IMG/VR virus record: IMGVR_UViG_3300010338_000575
Direction: 5' to 3' (one strand)
Origin: a virus
Lineage: Duplodnaviria > Caudoviricetes
DNA length: 64,000 nt
In this document: piece after piece, positions 40,131 through 50,518 of the stretch
Layout: each line of letters starts with the position of its first letter
How positions within the stretch are numbered: position 1 is the stretch's first letter
The notes under the pieces: model-generated
What the model was told of the DNA's origin: nothing
Seen by the model: the letters and a program-made list of their open reading frames with translations, nothing else
Database searches by the model: none
Translations under genes and position numbers: made by a program

Positions 40131-40895
40131 ATGGCATTACCAAAAAAAATAAAATATACACAAGAATTAATTCCACCTAAAAGCGGTCATGAATATTTAC
40201 AATTTGGTTTAGACCGTATTGAAGAATTAATGTTGGCAACTGATATTAAAACAAAGCATTTACCAAGAACAATATTGTTTGAAGATATTGACCAAGCAGT
40301 TTTCGATTATATTAATGATGGTAAGTTAAGAGCGGTTATTGATGGTAAAATTGTACCCACATTTTATTTGGATAATGATCGTTGGGGTGAATTTAAAAAA
40401 ACTTGGAAATTCATGGATAATGATAAAAACGTCCCAACTCCTTATATCACAATTAGACGTTCCGATAAAAAACCGGGAACTAGAATTGGTCAAAAATATA
40501 AAGTACCACAATTACGTAAATTTAGATATAGTGAAATACCGATATTAGATGAAGGACAAATTGTTTTTCTTTTATTTAAAATGCCAGAACCAACAAATGT
40601 TGATTTATCTTATGAAGTTTTATTATTTACTAAATATAGGGTTGATGTTAATCAATATGATGAACAAATGTTAAAAAATTTTGCATCAAGACAAGACTTT
40701 TTATTTATAAAGGGAAGTCCAATGCCAATACTTCTTGAAGATATTAGTGAAGCCAATACTGTTGAAAATATTGATGGTGATCGATTTTTTGTTTCTAAAT
40801 ATACATTAAAGGTTCTTGGTTTTATACAAGATGAAAAAGATTTTGAAATTGTAAAAGCATACAGAAAACCAAGATTTTCATACGATATTAAATAA
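40131..40895 (+). CDS. Tail completion/terminator protein (gp15-like)
   Basis: P.ITI.R and P..VDLSYEV pattern; late motif at 40108 supports the MALPKK start. Confidence 0.6.
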   Translation: MALPKKIKYTQELIPPKSGHEYLQFGLDRIEELMLATDIKTKHLPRTILFEDIDQAVFDYINDGKLRAVIDGKIVPTFYLDNDRWGEFKKTWKFMDNDKNVPTPYITIRRSDKKPGTRIGQKYKVPQLRKFRYSEIPILDEGQIVFLLFKMPEPTNVDLSYEVLLFTKYRVDVNQYDEQMLKNFASRQDFLFIKGSPMPILLEDISEANTVENIDGDRFFVSKYTLKVLGFIQDEKDFEIVKAYRKPRFSYDIK

Positions 40896-40900
40896 TTTTT

Positions 40901-41722
40901 TTACTCAACATCAATATAATCATTAGAATTATAATCAAACACCTTTTTATCTGGATAGTTCTGTTTTTTTATTTCTAAATCATTAACACTATCATTTGCC
41001 CTTTCAACATATTTTGATGTTGGTAATATTTCATATGCAAATAAATTAGTATCAAAAAATTGCCATGTTTTTGTTGATGTATTTAACAAAACCTTAAAAT
41101 ATAATTTCTCAGATGTTAGTAATGACCTTTTTGAATAATTATAAAACACCGAAAGTTTACCAGTTTTTGCGTTATAGAAATTAAATCTAAGATATGAAAC
41201 AATTATTGTGGTATTATTATTCTTTTCGAGAAATGATATTGGTATAAATAAATCATTAAATTGTGTATTCAACGATGGATTAAATTCGTGTATCGGGTTT
41301 TTATCAATACCAATTATTTTTGTAACATAATTCGTTGTTATTTTATTTTGTGTATACGAATCATAAGTATCGAAAAGTTCCATAATATAGAAACTTTTTT
41401 TTACTGCAATACTATTTTGATTTAACTCATCAGTTGTAAATCCTGCATTAGTAAATGTATTTCCATAAATATTATTTTTATAAAAATAAAACTTAATCGT
41501 GTTTATTGAATTTTGACTAACATTATACCCATATGATTGTGCATTTGTGTTATTATAAACAAATCTACGAACCTCAACATCGTTAATCGGATTTATTAAT
41601 TTTTGTTTTGTCTCATTAACCAATTCATCAATGTGTTGTTGTTCACCAATTGGTTTTCTTATATCATTCAAACCAATTTTTATATTTGTATCAAAACCAT
41701 TATATTTTATTGTATATTTCAT
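40901..41722 (-). CDS. Putative virion protein
   Basis: Coupled to 41722-42927 in a late unit. Confidence 0.55.
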   Translation of the reverse strand: MKYTIKYNGFDTNIKIGLNDIRKPIGEQQHIDELVNETKQKLINPINDVEVRRFVYNNTNAQSYGYNVSQNSINTIKFYFYKNNIYGNTFTNAGFTTDELNQNSIAVKKSFYIMELFDTYDSYTQNKITTNYVTKIIGIDKNPIHEFNPSLNTQFNDLFIPISFLEKNNNTTIIVSYLRFNFYNAKTGKLSVFYNYSKRSLLTSEKLYFKVLLNTSTKTWQFFDTNLFAYEILPTSKYVERANDSVNDLEIKKQNYPDKKVFDYNSNDYIDVE

Positions 41723-42927
41723 TAACTACACGGTTTATTAATATTATCCAAATCATTTTTACTCGTTATATTTGTATTATATGTCGTTGAGTTCTTTGTA
41801 AACCAAATCTTATTAAATATTGATTGTGTTGTAGCATCTGACATATCTGGTACTATTGGTAATACTATTTGAGTAAATAAATATCGTTTCCCATTTATAA
41901 AAGGATAATCAACACCAATACCATCAATTGGGTCAACATATCCTTGTGGTATTATTTCACGCCAGATATAATTACCATTATTTATGAGTTTAGCATATTT
42001 AGGAATTTCATTCAAATCATCATATGATGTGCTAGCACTACTAACATAACTCAAATCATTACTTAAATATCTCAACCTAAGTGGTATTAGTGGGTTATAT
42101 TTCCAAACAATACCTGAATTTTGATTATCTGAATTTTTATGATATGTTTTTATGTATAAAGTCTGAGTACTGTTAATGTTTTGTTTAAATTCATTTTCGT
42201 TATAATAAACCAAATCACCAATAATTTGATTTGTATTTGTTTCAACAACGTCACCAACATTAAAATTAAAATCAAATGTCGATGGTAATGTCATTTTTTT
42301 CTCAATACCATTAGATTCCCATGTTGTACCAGAAATAGTTTCAGATGTATTAAATCCGTTACTTTTTTTAATATAACAAGGCATTAAATATAATTCAGTT
42401 AATGGAAATCCTAAATAATCATACATTTCTCTAACATCAATGTCAATATTAACATTAAACGCATAAACTTGCTTACCAAAAATATTATTTGTAAAACCTG
42501 CAGGATATATATCAATATTGTTTGGTGTTGCGATTACTTCAAATTTTCTAATATATTTTTTTATTGATAAATCACTACTATATAATGAAACATATTCTTT
42601 ATCAGATGGTTTAACTACATAAAATTTAAATGAATTAAAAATGTTTTTAGAATTATCAATTCTATATTCATAATAATCTGTTGTATATTTATAATCAAGT
42701 TTTAAACCATTTAGCATTGAAACATAATCAATTCTACCATATATTCTATAAATTGCATTTCTTTCACGTTCAGTTACGTATGTTTCAGATGCATTCACGT
42801 TACTATAAACATCATATTCAGTTAATTCAGACTCTCTATTAATTAGTTGAATCTTATCAACGTTATCAACATTAACCGATTTAACGTGTTTAAATTTTCC
42901 TAATAATATTTCAACTTCTTTTTCCAT
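41722..42927 (-). CDS. Putative virion protein
   Basis: C-terminal WREIIPQGY.D....GVDYPFINGKRY; late motif. Confidence 0.55.
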   Translation of the reverse strand: MEKEVEILLGKFKHVKSVNVDNVDKIQLINRESELTEYDVYSNVNASETYVTERERNAIYRIYGRIDYVSMLNGLKLDYKYTTDYYEYRIDNSKNIFNSFKFYVVKPSDKEYVSLYSSDLSIKKYIRKFEVIATPNNIDIYPAGFTNNIFGKQVYAFNVNIDIDVREMYDYLGFPLTELYLMPCYIKKSNGFNTSETISGTTWESNGIEKKMTLPSTFDFNFNVGDVVETNTNQIIGDLVYYNENEFKQNINSTQTLYIKTYHKNSDNQNSGIVWKYNPLIPLRLRYLSNDLSYVSSASTSYDDLNEIPKYAKLINNGNYIWREIIPQGYVDPIDGIGVDYPFINGKRYLFTQIVLPIVPDMSDATTQSIFNKIWFTKNSTTYNTNITSKNDLDNINKPCS

Positions 42928-43022
42928 ATACAATAAATACAATTAATATAAAAATTTTATATTTTTTTGTAATATTATTAAAATACCATCGTATTATACA
43001 TCAAACTTAAATACTGAAAACT

Positions 43023-43508
43023 ATGAAAAGACTGAACTTAATTATCATGATGTTCGCAATGGTATTGGTTAATACCGCTTGCGATGAAAAGGAAGAACCA
43101 ACCCCAACGTTCAAGCACATCATTGAACTCAATGAACTTATGGGGTATTGGCAACACCAATCCACCGAATACTACAGTGATGTTGTTACTAACTGTGATG
43201 AACTTAACGCATCGACTAAAATACCTGAAAATAAAAAGAGATATTTATTACACGAATTGAACATTAAATCACTACCACCAAATGAAATAACTTTTTATGA
43301 TGCATATTGTGATTTGATTAGTGTATGTTATGGTACAATACTAAATGATCTTGATTTTAAACTATTTGATACAGAAAATAAAATAAGTGTTGGCGGTGAA
43401 GTTTATCAAATAATATCATATAACAAAACTGACAAAGAACTAAAATTGAAAATACTTGAACCCAATTTTCAAGCAGTTGGTGCTGTTGTAATTTTTAAAA
43501 AACGATAA
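43023..43508 (+). CDS. Lipoprotein (lipocalin-like)
   Basis: Signal peptide, lipobox VNTAC, then DEKEE; LMGYW motif. Confidence 0.8.
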   Translation: MKRLNLIIMMFAMVLVNTACDEKEEPTPTFKHIIELNELMGYWQHQSTEYYSDVVTNCDELNASTKIPENKKRYLLHELNIKSLPPNEITFYDAYCDLISVCYGTILNDLDFKLFDTENKISVGGEVYQIISYNKTDKELKLKILEPNFQAVGAVVIFKKR

Positions 43509-43527
43509 AAAATAAAAATAAAATAAT

Positions 43528-43559
43528 AAAAAAACCATTAATTTTATAATGGTTTTTTT
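43528..43559. terminator. Bidirectional terminator
   Basis: AAAAAAACCAT...ATGGTTTTTTT between convergent genes. Confidence 0.7.
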
Positions 43560-43568
43560 ATATTCATA

Positions 43569-45653
43569 TCATTGTATATTTAAAATCCTCGATACAAAAT
43601 CGATACAATCGGCAGTATCAAAACCCTTATAAAAATAAACATTTGAATCAATACTATTAGATGGTATACCTAATCTTCTACCCCCGCCATACGGGCAGTC
43701 CTTCAATCCGTGCATGTAATTATCAATGTTAATAGTATTATTTTTAAAATAATCATCACCATTATCACCCCCCTTTTTTTGGAATCCCCTAAATATTCTG
43801 ATTTCGTTTTCGGGTACAACGATGAAGTTTGTCCAGTTAAGGTCGGTACGTGGAAACCACTTGGTGTTGGTATCGTTGGCAGCAATGGGGTCGTTATTAT
43901 CGCTTAGCCTATTTTCTGCTTTAGGGATGTGAAAGTAGGTATTAACCCGCATACCATCAAACTCATCGCTAACCACATACCCTAACTGTGGTAAATAGAT
44001 TGAGAAGTTAAGCCAGTTACCACCGAATAGTTTTGTGCCTGACTTATCAGCACCATTTGAAGGAAATTCATAGGGTTCATTATCTTCACCATCGGTTTGA
44101 ATGACACCCACCATAAAACGGGGGTCTTTATTATACAGGTTATTAACACTATCAATGTTAGTGAAACCATCATTATCATCATCCCTTACATTAATATGTC
44201 TTATTTTGTTGTAAACCGTGGCGTTGAAACGGGCGACGCTGTAGATGGTATTAGCCGAAAAAGTGTAGTGCTGGTTACGCCATTGGTGTGCGGTACTACT
44301 ACTTTCCAACCCCTGTTTTGGGTTTGCGCTTTGCGGTATCTTAATGCGTGTTCGGAATTGGGTAACAGAACGGGTGTTATTGGCAATTTCATCGTTAATT
44401 TTTTTAAAGGGAACGGGTATGCTATCTTCAGTATATTCTAAAATAATAAAACCCTTGAATTCGGTGTAAATACCACCATTATATGATTCGGGTACTTCAA
44501 CTCTTTCACCTAAATCATTAATAATTACTTTTTTTCTGTTACAGTTGATGATAAAAACAAAATCACCATCACGTTTATAAACACTGTATTCAGCAGGGTC
44601 TAATAATTTCATTTTTTGATATAAATCAACACCATTTTGTTCAATTTCTTCATCAGATACCGTATTGGGGTAGTAGTATATCTTTTCGGAAACAATACCA
44701 ATTCGCTTACTATTTATCATAATATCTTCATTATCATTTGCCTTGTATAGTTGTGCGTATGAGAATTTATGAAAATCATCATCATTATCATCATCACCTT
44801 GATAATTATCGCACCACCTACTATTCTCACCATCGGTAAATACACTACCAAAAATTGTAAACTGACTAGCAATATTAGCACGAATTCTAAAATCTTGTCT
44901 AGTGATACCAATTTCAAAATTATTTTTATCACCCCAAAATGGTCTAATATCAACACTAATTTCTTGTGTTTCGATATGTGGAAGGTCGTCAATATCATTA
45001 CTTTCCTTAATACGTGTGTTATTATCGGTAAATAGGTTTGGTGAATATCCTAAATTGGTAACCATTGAAGCAGGATTCATAGAATATTCACCAATATCAG
45101 TAATATCAACACTCATATGTACTGTATGAGTACCAACAGGAACACCAAATATCATATAATCACCAGACTTATTAGTGATTGCAGTATATTTATAATATTT
45201 TTTATAAACTTTCATGAAAATATCATTAACCATTAATTCTGGTTCAATAAACATTGAACCAAATGGTTGTCTTGGTTTAAACGTTTTTGTTGAAAAATCG
45301 AATTGTGATACTCTTGGAAGCAAATTATAGCGTTTACCTTCTAAATTTTTATCTCTCGGAGATTTATACGGATAAACACTATAAATTTCACTATCATTAA
45401 TATCATCATCATCAAGTGGTATGAAAATACTTATTTTAGCATTAGGTATACCAACACCACCATTAGCAATAACTCTACCAACTAAAACACCATAATCTGA
45501 ATTCAAATTTTGATATATATCTTCAGTACCAATTTTCATTGAAAGCACTTCAATGGTTTTAACATTTTGTTCTAATTTAATTTGAATAAATTTATCGTTA
45601 ATAATATTTGTAGTTACGCCACTATTGAAATAAATTCTTTTAGAAATATTCAT
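43569..45653 (-). CDS. Putative tail/baseplate protein with a mosaic C-terminus
   Basis: GRVIANGGVGIPNAKISIF, TNKSGDYMIFGVPVG Ig-like segment; late motif. Confidence 0.6.
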   Translation of the reverse strand: MNISKRIYFNSGVTTNIINDKFIQIKLEQNVKTIEVLSMKIGTEDIYQNLNSDYGVLVGRVIANGGVGIPNAKISIFIPLDDDDINDSEIYSVYPYKSPRDKNLEGKRYNLLPRVSQFDFSTKTFKPRQPFGSMFIEPELMVNDIFMKVYKKYYKYTAITNKSGDYMIFGVPVGTHTVHMSVDITDIGEYSMNPASMVTNLGYSPNLFTDNNTRIKESNDIDDLPHIETQEISVDIRPFWGDKNNFEIGITRQDFRIRANIASQFTIFGSVFTDGENSRWCDNYQGDDDNDDDFHKFSYAQLYKANDNEDIMINSKRIGIVSEKIYYYPNTVSDEEIEQNGVDLYQKMKLLDPAEYSVYKRDGDFVFIINCNRKKVIINDLGERVEVPESYNGGIYTEFKGFIILEYTEDSIPVPFKKINDEIANNTRSVTQFRTRIKIPQSANPKQGLESSSTAHQWRNQHYTFSANTIYSVARFNATVYNKIRHINVRDDDNDGFTNIDSVNNLYNKDPRFMVGVIQTDGEDNEPYEFPSNGADKSGTKLFGGNWLNFSIYLPQLGYVVSDEFDGMRVNTYFHIPKAENRLSDNNDPIAANDTNTKWFPRTDLNWTNFIVVPENEIRIFRGFQKKGGDNGDDYFKNNTINIDNYMHGLKDCPYGGGRRLGIPSNSIDSNVYFYKGFDTADCIDFVSRILNIQ

Positions 45654-45926
45654 AATAACATAATATTTTTAAATAAATACATAATTTATAAAAATTTTTT
45701 TTATAAAAAAATCACCATAAATTTTCATTATTTTTAAAAATTTAGGCAAAAAAAATTAAAAAAAATCAAAATTTAAAAAAATTTGAAATTAATATAATTA
45801 TTATCAATATCATAATATCATTAATTTAATTTCTTTTCAAATCTTTTATAGTATTTATTCAAAAGGCTAAATAATTTCAAAAACTTTTTGAAAATAATAT
45901 AATAAAATAAAAAATTAAAATAAATT

Positions 45927-48701
45927 ATGGGAGAATTTATATTTACATCACCGGGTTATAAATTTAAAGAACGTGATTTGACATTTGTAACACGTAATGT
46001 TGGTGTTACCACACTTGGTTTAGTTGGCGAAACATTAAAGGGACCTGCCTTTGAACCTATATTCATTGAAGATAAAAAACAATTTGAAACTAGATTTGGA
46101 AAACAATCACCCATTAAATGGAATGGTGAGTATAAAAAGGATGAATTACAATACCAATTACCATATGTTGCCAATGCATATCTTGAAGAATCTAATCAAT
46201 TATGGGTTACAAGAGTATTGGGTCTTAGTGGTTATGACGCAGGACCTGCTTGGTTAATTACGTTAAGCGCAGGAGTTGATCCTAATACAATTAATAGTGT
46301 TGATGGAAGTGCATTTGATGCGAATTTCACCAATAATGAATATATGGGTGTTAAACTATATAGTTTAGGTGACAGTGGATATACATTTACTGGTTTTATT
46401 AAAACATCCCCAACTCAATTTAGTGGGACTGGTTATACTTTTACAGTAACCAGTATTGATGGTAATGGTGATGGTATTGTTAATGTCATACCAACCGTAA
46501 AAACAGGTAGTCCATATACTGAATATGAAAATATGGTATTGGCTGTTATTAGAAGTAGAGCGAATGTTGTTGATAGAATAAATTCTACACCTCTTACAGA
46601 ATTTAAAACAACCACTGTAACTATTAATAATAACACCACATTATTAGATACTGGTGATTTGTTGGGTAGATTTAAAATTAGTGCATCTGATGGTACAACT
46701 ACTGAAGAATATGAAGTTTCATTAAATCCCAACGATTCAAGTTATTTACCAAATGTAATTGGTTCAGCACCAAAAGATAAAAACACAAAAATTTGGGTTC
46801 AATCAATTTATCCTGATTTAATAAAAAAATTGGATGCTGATGAATTAGGTTTTGGTATTAATACCTATGTAATTAAAACAACAACAAACAGTTTTTCTGA
46901 TTGGAAACAACCATTTCAAACACCTGAAACACCTTGGGTGGTGTCTCAATTAATGGGTAGTCAAATTTATAGATTATTTAAATTCATTAGTATTAGTGAT
47001 GGTGATTCTGCGAATCAAGAAATAAAAATATCAATATTGAACATCAATCCAGTAACTAATGAATTTGATGTATACATTCGTGATTTTAATGATACTGATG
47101 AAAATCCAATTATATTAGAAAGTTATACCAAATGTACATTAATTCCAGAACAAAATAGTTTTATTGGTCGTAAAATTGGAACAATTGATGGTGAATACGC
47201 ATTAGTTAGTAACTATGTTATGGTTGAATTGGATGATAATATACCTGAAGGTGCATTTCCTGCAGGTTTTGAAGGATATTTATTTAACGATTATTCATCA
47301 ATCGCAACTGGTGATAATACAATATCAGGTATTGCACCCAAAATTTTCTACAAAAAATCATACACCGATACAGAGATTAATAAATTAAATAAATATTATT
47401 TAGGAATTTCAGAACATGGATACGATTCAAACAATTTAGTTGGTGGTGGTATTAATCAAAACTTTTTTAATTATAATGGTGATCCTTCTGTTGGTCATAT
47501 AAAAACAAAAGGTTTCCACATGGATAGTGGTGCAACTAGTACATATACTAACGGTAATGTTGTTATTGGTGAATTTGAAACAGGTGTTGCAAGATTTAGA
47601 GACATTTCTGATATTTCTAACATAAATAATCCATATTATAAATCAAATGCAAGAAAATTCACATTAGTTCCTGCAGGTGGTTTTGATGGTTGGAATGTTC
47701 ATAGGGGTTTTCGTTCTAATTTAGATGGATATCAACAAGGTGGTATTTATAGTGGATTACCCGGTCAGCCAAACGTACAGCCAAAAAATGATTATCAGGC
47801 ATGGCAAACTGCAATTAAAACATTTGCTAATCCAGAAGAAGTAACAATTAATTTATTAGCAACACCGGGTATTGATTGGTCTAATAATAGTATTTTAGTA
47901 AAAGAAGTGATTGAAATGGTTGAAAAACAAAGAACCGATTGTTTATATATAATCGATTCACCTGATGAAACAATTTCAATTACTGACAATTCAAATGAAT
48001 TGGTATCACCCGATGTATTGGCAGCAAGAGCAATTGCAAGTGCATTAGAAGATACTGAAATTGATAGTAATTATTCATGTACTTACTTTCCTTGGATTCA
48101 AATTAGAGATTCTGTAAATAATGTAAATGTTTACATTCCACCAACATGTGAAGTAGTAAGAGCAATTGCATATACAGATAAAGTTAAATTCCCTTGGTTT
48201 GCACCTGCTGGTTTAAATAGAGGTGTTATTAATGCAAGAAAGTCGAAATATAAATTAACACAAAAAGCACGTGATATTCTTTATGCAGCAAGAATCAATC
48301 CAATTGCAGATTTCACAAATGTAGGTACTGCAATATTTGGACAAAAAACATTACAGAAAAAAGAAACTGCATTGAATAGAATCAATGTGCGAAGGTTATT
48401 GTTACAAATTAAAGTTTTAATTTCAAACATTTCAGTTAGGTTGTTATTCGAGCAAAATGATCAGGCAATAATCAACGAATTCTTATCAAAAGCAAATCCA
48501 GTTCTTGAAACAATAAAAAGAGAGCGTGGTCTTGTTGATTTTAGAATAAAAATGGATGATACTAATAACACACCCGAAACCAGAGATAGAAATGAATTAT
48601 ATGGTGAAATATACATTAAACCAACACGTTCATTGGAATATATTGGAATCACATTTACTATCACACCATCGGGTGCAAGTTTTAGCGATGTTGGTGCTTA
48701 A
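45927..48701 (+). CDS. Tail sheath protein (gp18-like)
   Basis: F.SPG...E.D, PWFAPAGLNRG, INPI, GQKTLQ, RINVRRL, KPTRSLEYI. Confidence 0.95.
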   Translation: MGEFIFTSPGYKFKERDLTFVTRNVGVTTLGLVGETLKGPAFEPIFIEDKKQFETRFGKQSPIKWNGEYKKDELQYQLPYVANAYLEESNQLWVTRVLGLSGYDAGPAWLITLSAGVDPNTINSVDGSAFDANFTNNEYMGVKLYSLGDSGYTFTGFIKTSPTQFSGTGYTFTVTSIDGNGDGIVNVIPTVKTGSPYTEYENMVLAVIRSRANVVDRINSTPLTEFKTTTVTINNNTTLLDTGDLLGRFKISASDGTTTEEYEVSLNPNDSSYLPNVIGSAPKDKNTKIWVQSIYPDLIKKLDADELGFGINTYVIKTTTNSFSDWKQPFQTPETPWVVSQLMGSQIYRLFKFISISDGDSANQEIKISILNINPVTNEFDVYIRDFNDTDENPIILESYTKCTLIPEQNSFIGRKIGTIDGEYALVSNYVMVELDDNIPEGAFPAGFEGYLFNDYSSIATGDNTISGIAPKIFYKKSYTDTEINKLNKYYLGISEHGYDSNNLVGGGINQNFFNYNGDPSVGHIKTKGFHMDSGATSTYTNGNVVIGEFETGVARFRDISDISNINNPYYKSNARKFTLVPAGGFDGWNVHRGFRSNLDGYQQGGIYSGLPGQPNVQPKNDYQAWQTAIKTFANPEEVTINLLATPGIDWSNNSILVKEVIEMVEKQRTDCLYIIDSPDETISITDNSNELVSPDVLAARAIASALEDTEIDSNYSCTYFPWIQIRDSVNNVNVYIPPTCEVVRAIAYTDKVKFPWFAPAGLNRGVINARKSKYKLTQKARDILYAARINPIADFTNVGTAIFGQKTLQKKETALNRINVRRLLLQIKVLISNISVRLLFEQNDQAIINEFLSKANPVLETIKRERGLVDFRIKMDDTNNTPETRDRNELYGEIYIKPTRSLEYIGITFTITPSGASFSDVGA

Positions 48702-48713
48702 TTAAAAAAATAA

Positions 48714-48753
48714 AACGAAAATCCACCTATTTATGTATAGGTGGGTTTTCGTT
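48714..48753 (+). terminator. Hairpin/terminator after sheath
   Basis: AACGAAAATCCACCTAT...ATAGGTGGGTTTTCGTT. Confidence 0.75.
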
Positions 48754-48788
48754 AAAAAAATAATTAAATATATTAAAATTTAAGAAAT

Positions 48789-49106
48789 ATGTGTGCAAAG
48801 AAAAAAAATAATATTGATTTTGAATTAAATTCGGTTAATGAAATAATCGATAATCACAATGAATTAAATGAGGATATTATTGTTGAAGAAAAACAAAATG
48901 ATATCACATTTGATAGTAATGATGATCACAATTCTAATGATGTTGATGTTCAACCAATAGATGAAATTGAAGTTCAACAATTAGATGAAGTTGAAGTTCA
49001 AGAAATTAAAGATACCAATACAAATAAAAACATTGATATTAATTCATTAACAAAGGACGAGTATAGATTTTATTTAAGAACGGGTAAATTACCACAAAAA
49101 AAATAA
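48789..49106 (+). CDS. Small acidic protein with short repeats
   Basis: DVDVQPI/DEIEVQQL/DEVEVQEI. Confidence 0.6.
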   Translation: MCAKKKNNIDFELNSVNEIIDNHNELNEDIIVEEKQNDITFDSNDDHNSNDVDVQPIDEIEVQQLDEVEVQEIKDTNTNKNIDINSLTKDEYRFYLRTGKLPQKK

Positions 49107-49168
49107 AATATTAGTATTTATTAATAGTAAAAATAATTTTAAATGGAATATAAAAAAAATAATATAAA

Positions 49169-49663
49169 ATGGCTGTAGGTGAAATGTTAATAAAAGTACC
49201 TTTTGATTATGAACCAAAAAGGTCTAATAGATTTTATGCAACAATTACAGATGTATTACAAACAGAAACATGGTTGATTAGGAAATTTAAAAGACCTTCA
49301 CTAAAAATCAATAAGGTTGATATTGATTATATGAATGAAAAAAACTATGTTGCAGGTAAATATACTTGGGATGAAGTAAATATTGAATTTTTAGACCCAA
49401 TAGGTCCATCTGCTTCACAGATATTAATGGAATGGGTTAGACTACATGCTGAATCTATAACTGGTCGTATGGGTTATGCTGCTGGGTATAAAAAAGATAT
49501 TATTCTGTATAGTTTAGACCCAACAGGTGTTGAAGTTGAAAAATGGACACTTCAACAATGTATGATAACATCAGTTGAATTTGGTGATAGTGATTATAGT
49601 AGTGATGATTTAGTTAAAATATCATTAACTGTTCAGCCATATAGGTGTATTCTAAACTACTAA
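49169..49663 (+). CDS. Tail tube protein (gp19-like)
   Basis: EPKRSNRF, AGKYTW, DPIGPS, GYAAGYKKD, LDPTGV.VEKW. Confidence 0.9.
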   Translation: MAVGEMLIKVPFDYEPKRSNRFYATITDVLQTETWLIRKFKRPSLKINKVDIDYMNEKNYVAGKYTWDEVNIEFLDPIGPSASQILMEWVRLHAESITGRMGYAAGYKKDIILYSLDPTGVEVEKWTLQQCMITSVEFGDSDYSSDDLVKISLTVQPYRCILNY

Positions 49664-49681
49664 TTGGATTATGGCAGAACG

Positions 49682-49713
49682 AAACACCATCAAATTAAAT
49701 TGATGGTGTTTTT
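49682..49713. terminator. Bidirectional terminator
   Basis: AAACACCATCAA...TTGATGGTGTTTTT. Confidence 0.8.
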
Positions 49714-50504
49714 TATTTTAAATTAATTGCGTTAATTCTATTTTTTATAATTAATTCAACAAAATATGATAAATCCTTAACCTTTATTATTTTATATGTT
49801 GGATTGTTATGTGAAAACCAAACAATATACGAATCACCTAATTTAATTCCCACATTTTTTTCAATTATATATTTATATATTCCTAGTTGTAAACTATAAA
49901 TATTTAAATCACAATCTTCAATTGTTTGTAATTCGTTTTTTAAATATCTATCACTATTTGAAAGTGAAAACGATTTGTTTGTTTTCCAATCAAAGATTTG
50001 TAATTCATCATATTTTTTATTATAAAACAACATATCCAACATACCCCCAATTAATGATTCTTTATCATAAACAACAAATTCGGTACGTATTGGTATTAAT
50101 TTATCAAACGAATCGGAATAAAATTTATCAACATGTTCTTTTGTAATTAAAAATTCATCCCAAATTGGATCGAAACCAAATTCATTTAATATCAATTCTT
50201 TTGGATATTCAAATATTTTATTTTGAAATAAATTTTCGGCATAATCATGAACAATTGACCCATTTAACGTTCCTTTTTTATTTATGAAATTCCACCCTCT
50301 TTTTACCAACGATTGGTCTATTTTATACTCAATACTTTTATAATCAGACCAATACTCTTCATCAAAAACTTCTTGATATTCATGTATTAGGGTTGTGACT
50401 GAAATCAATTCAGTATCGTCCACATAATATTTATGTGGTTTATCATAATACTTAACACCATTAAATGTGGTATATAATTCTATTGGAATATTCATAGACT
50501 GCAA
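49713..50504 (-). CDS. PD-(D/E)XK exonuclease
   Basis: SVTT, G..VH, E, GMLD, DWKT, YSLQL.IY. Confidence 0.85.
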   Translation of the reverse strand: MQSMNIPIELYTTFNGVKYYDKPHKYYVDDTELISVTTLIHEYQEVFDEEYWSDYKSIEYKIDQSLVKRGWNFINKKGTLNGSIVHDYAENLFQNKIFEYPKELILNEFGFDPIWDEFLITKEHVDKFYSDSFDKLIPIRTEFVVYDKESLIGGMLDMLFYNKKYDELQIFDWKTNKSFSLSNSDRYLKNELQTIEDCDLNIYSLQLGIYKYIIEKNVGIKLGDSYIVWFSHNNPTYKIIKVKDLSYFVELIIKNRINAINLK

Positions 50505-50518
50505 ATCTATGAATAAAT

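Larger units (their letters stand above)
572..42993. promoter_or_regulatory. Recurrent bipartite ECF-like promoter TGTAAC-N16/17-CGT(A)
   Basis: Minus: 572-597, 2761-2786, 5223-5248, 6566-6592, 7470-7495 (TGTAGC). Plus: 15295-15320, 42968-42993 (TGTAAT). Confidence 0.75.

Noticed and set aside
49713-50504. Cas4 call
   Set aside because: Lacks the Fe-S cysteine set and cas context; a generic phage PD-(D/E)XK nuclease
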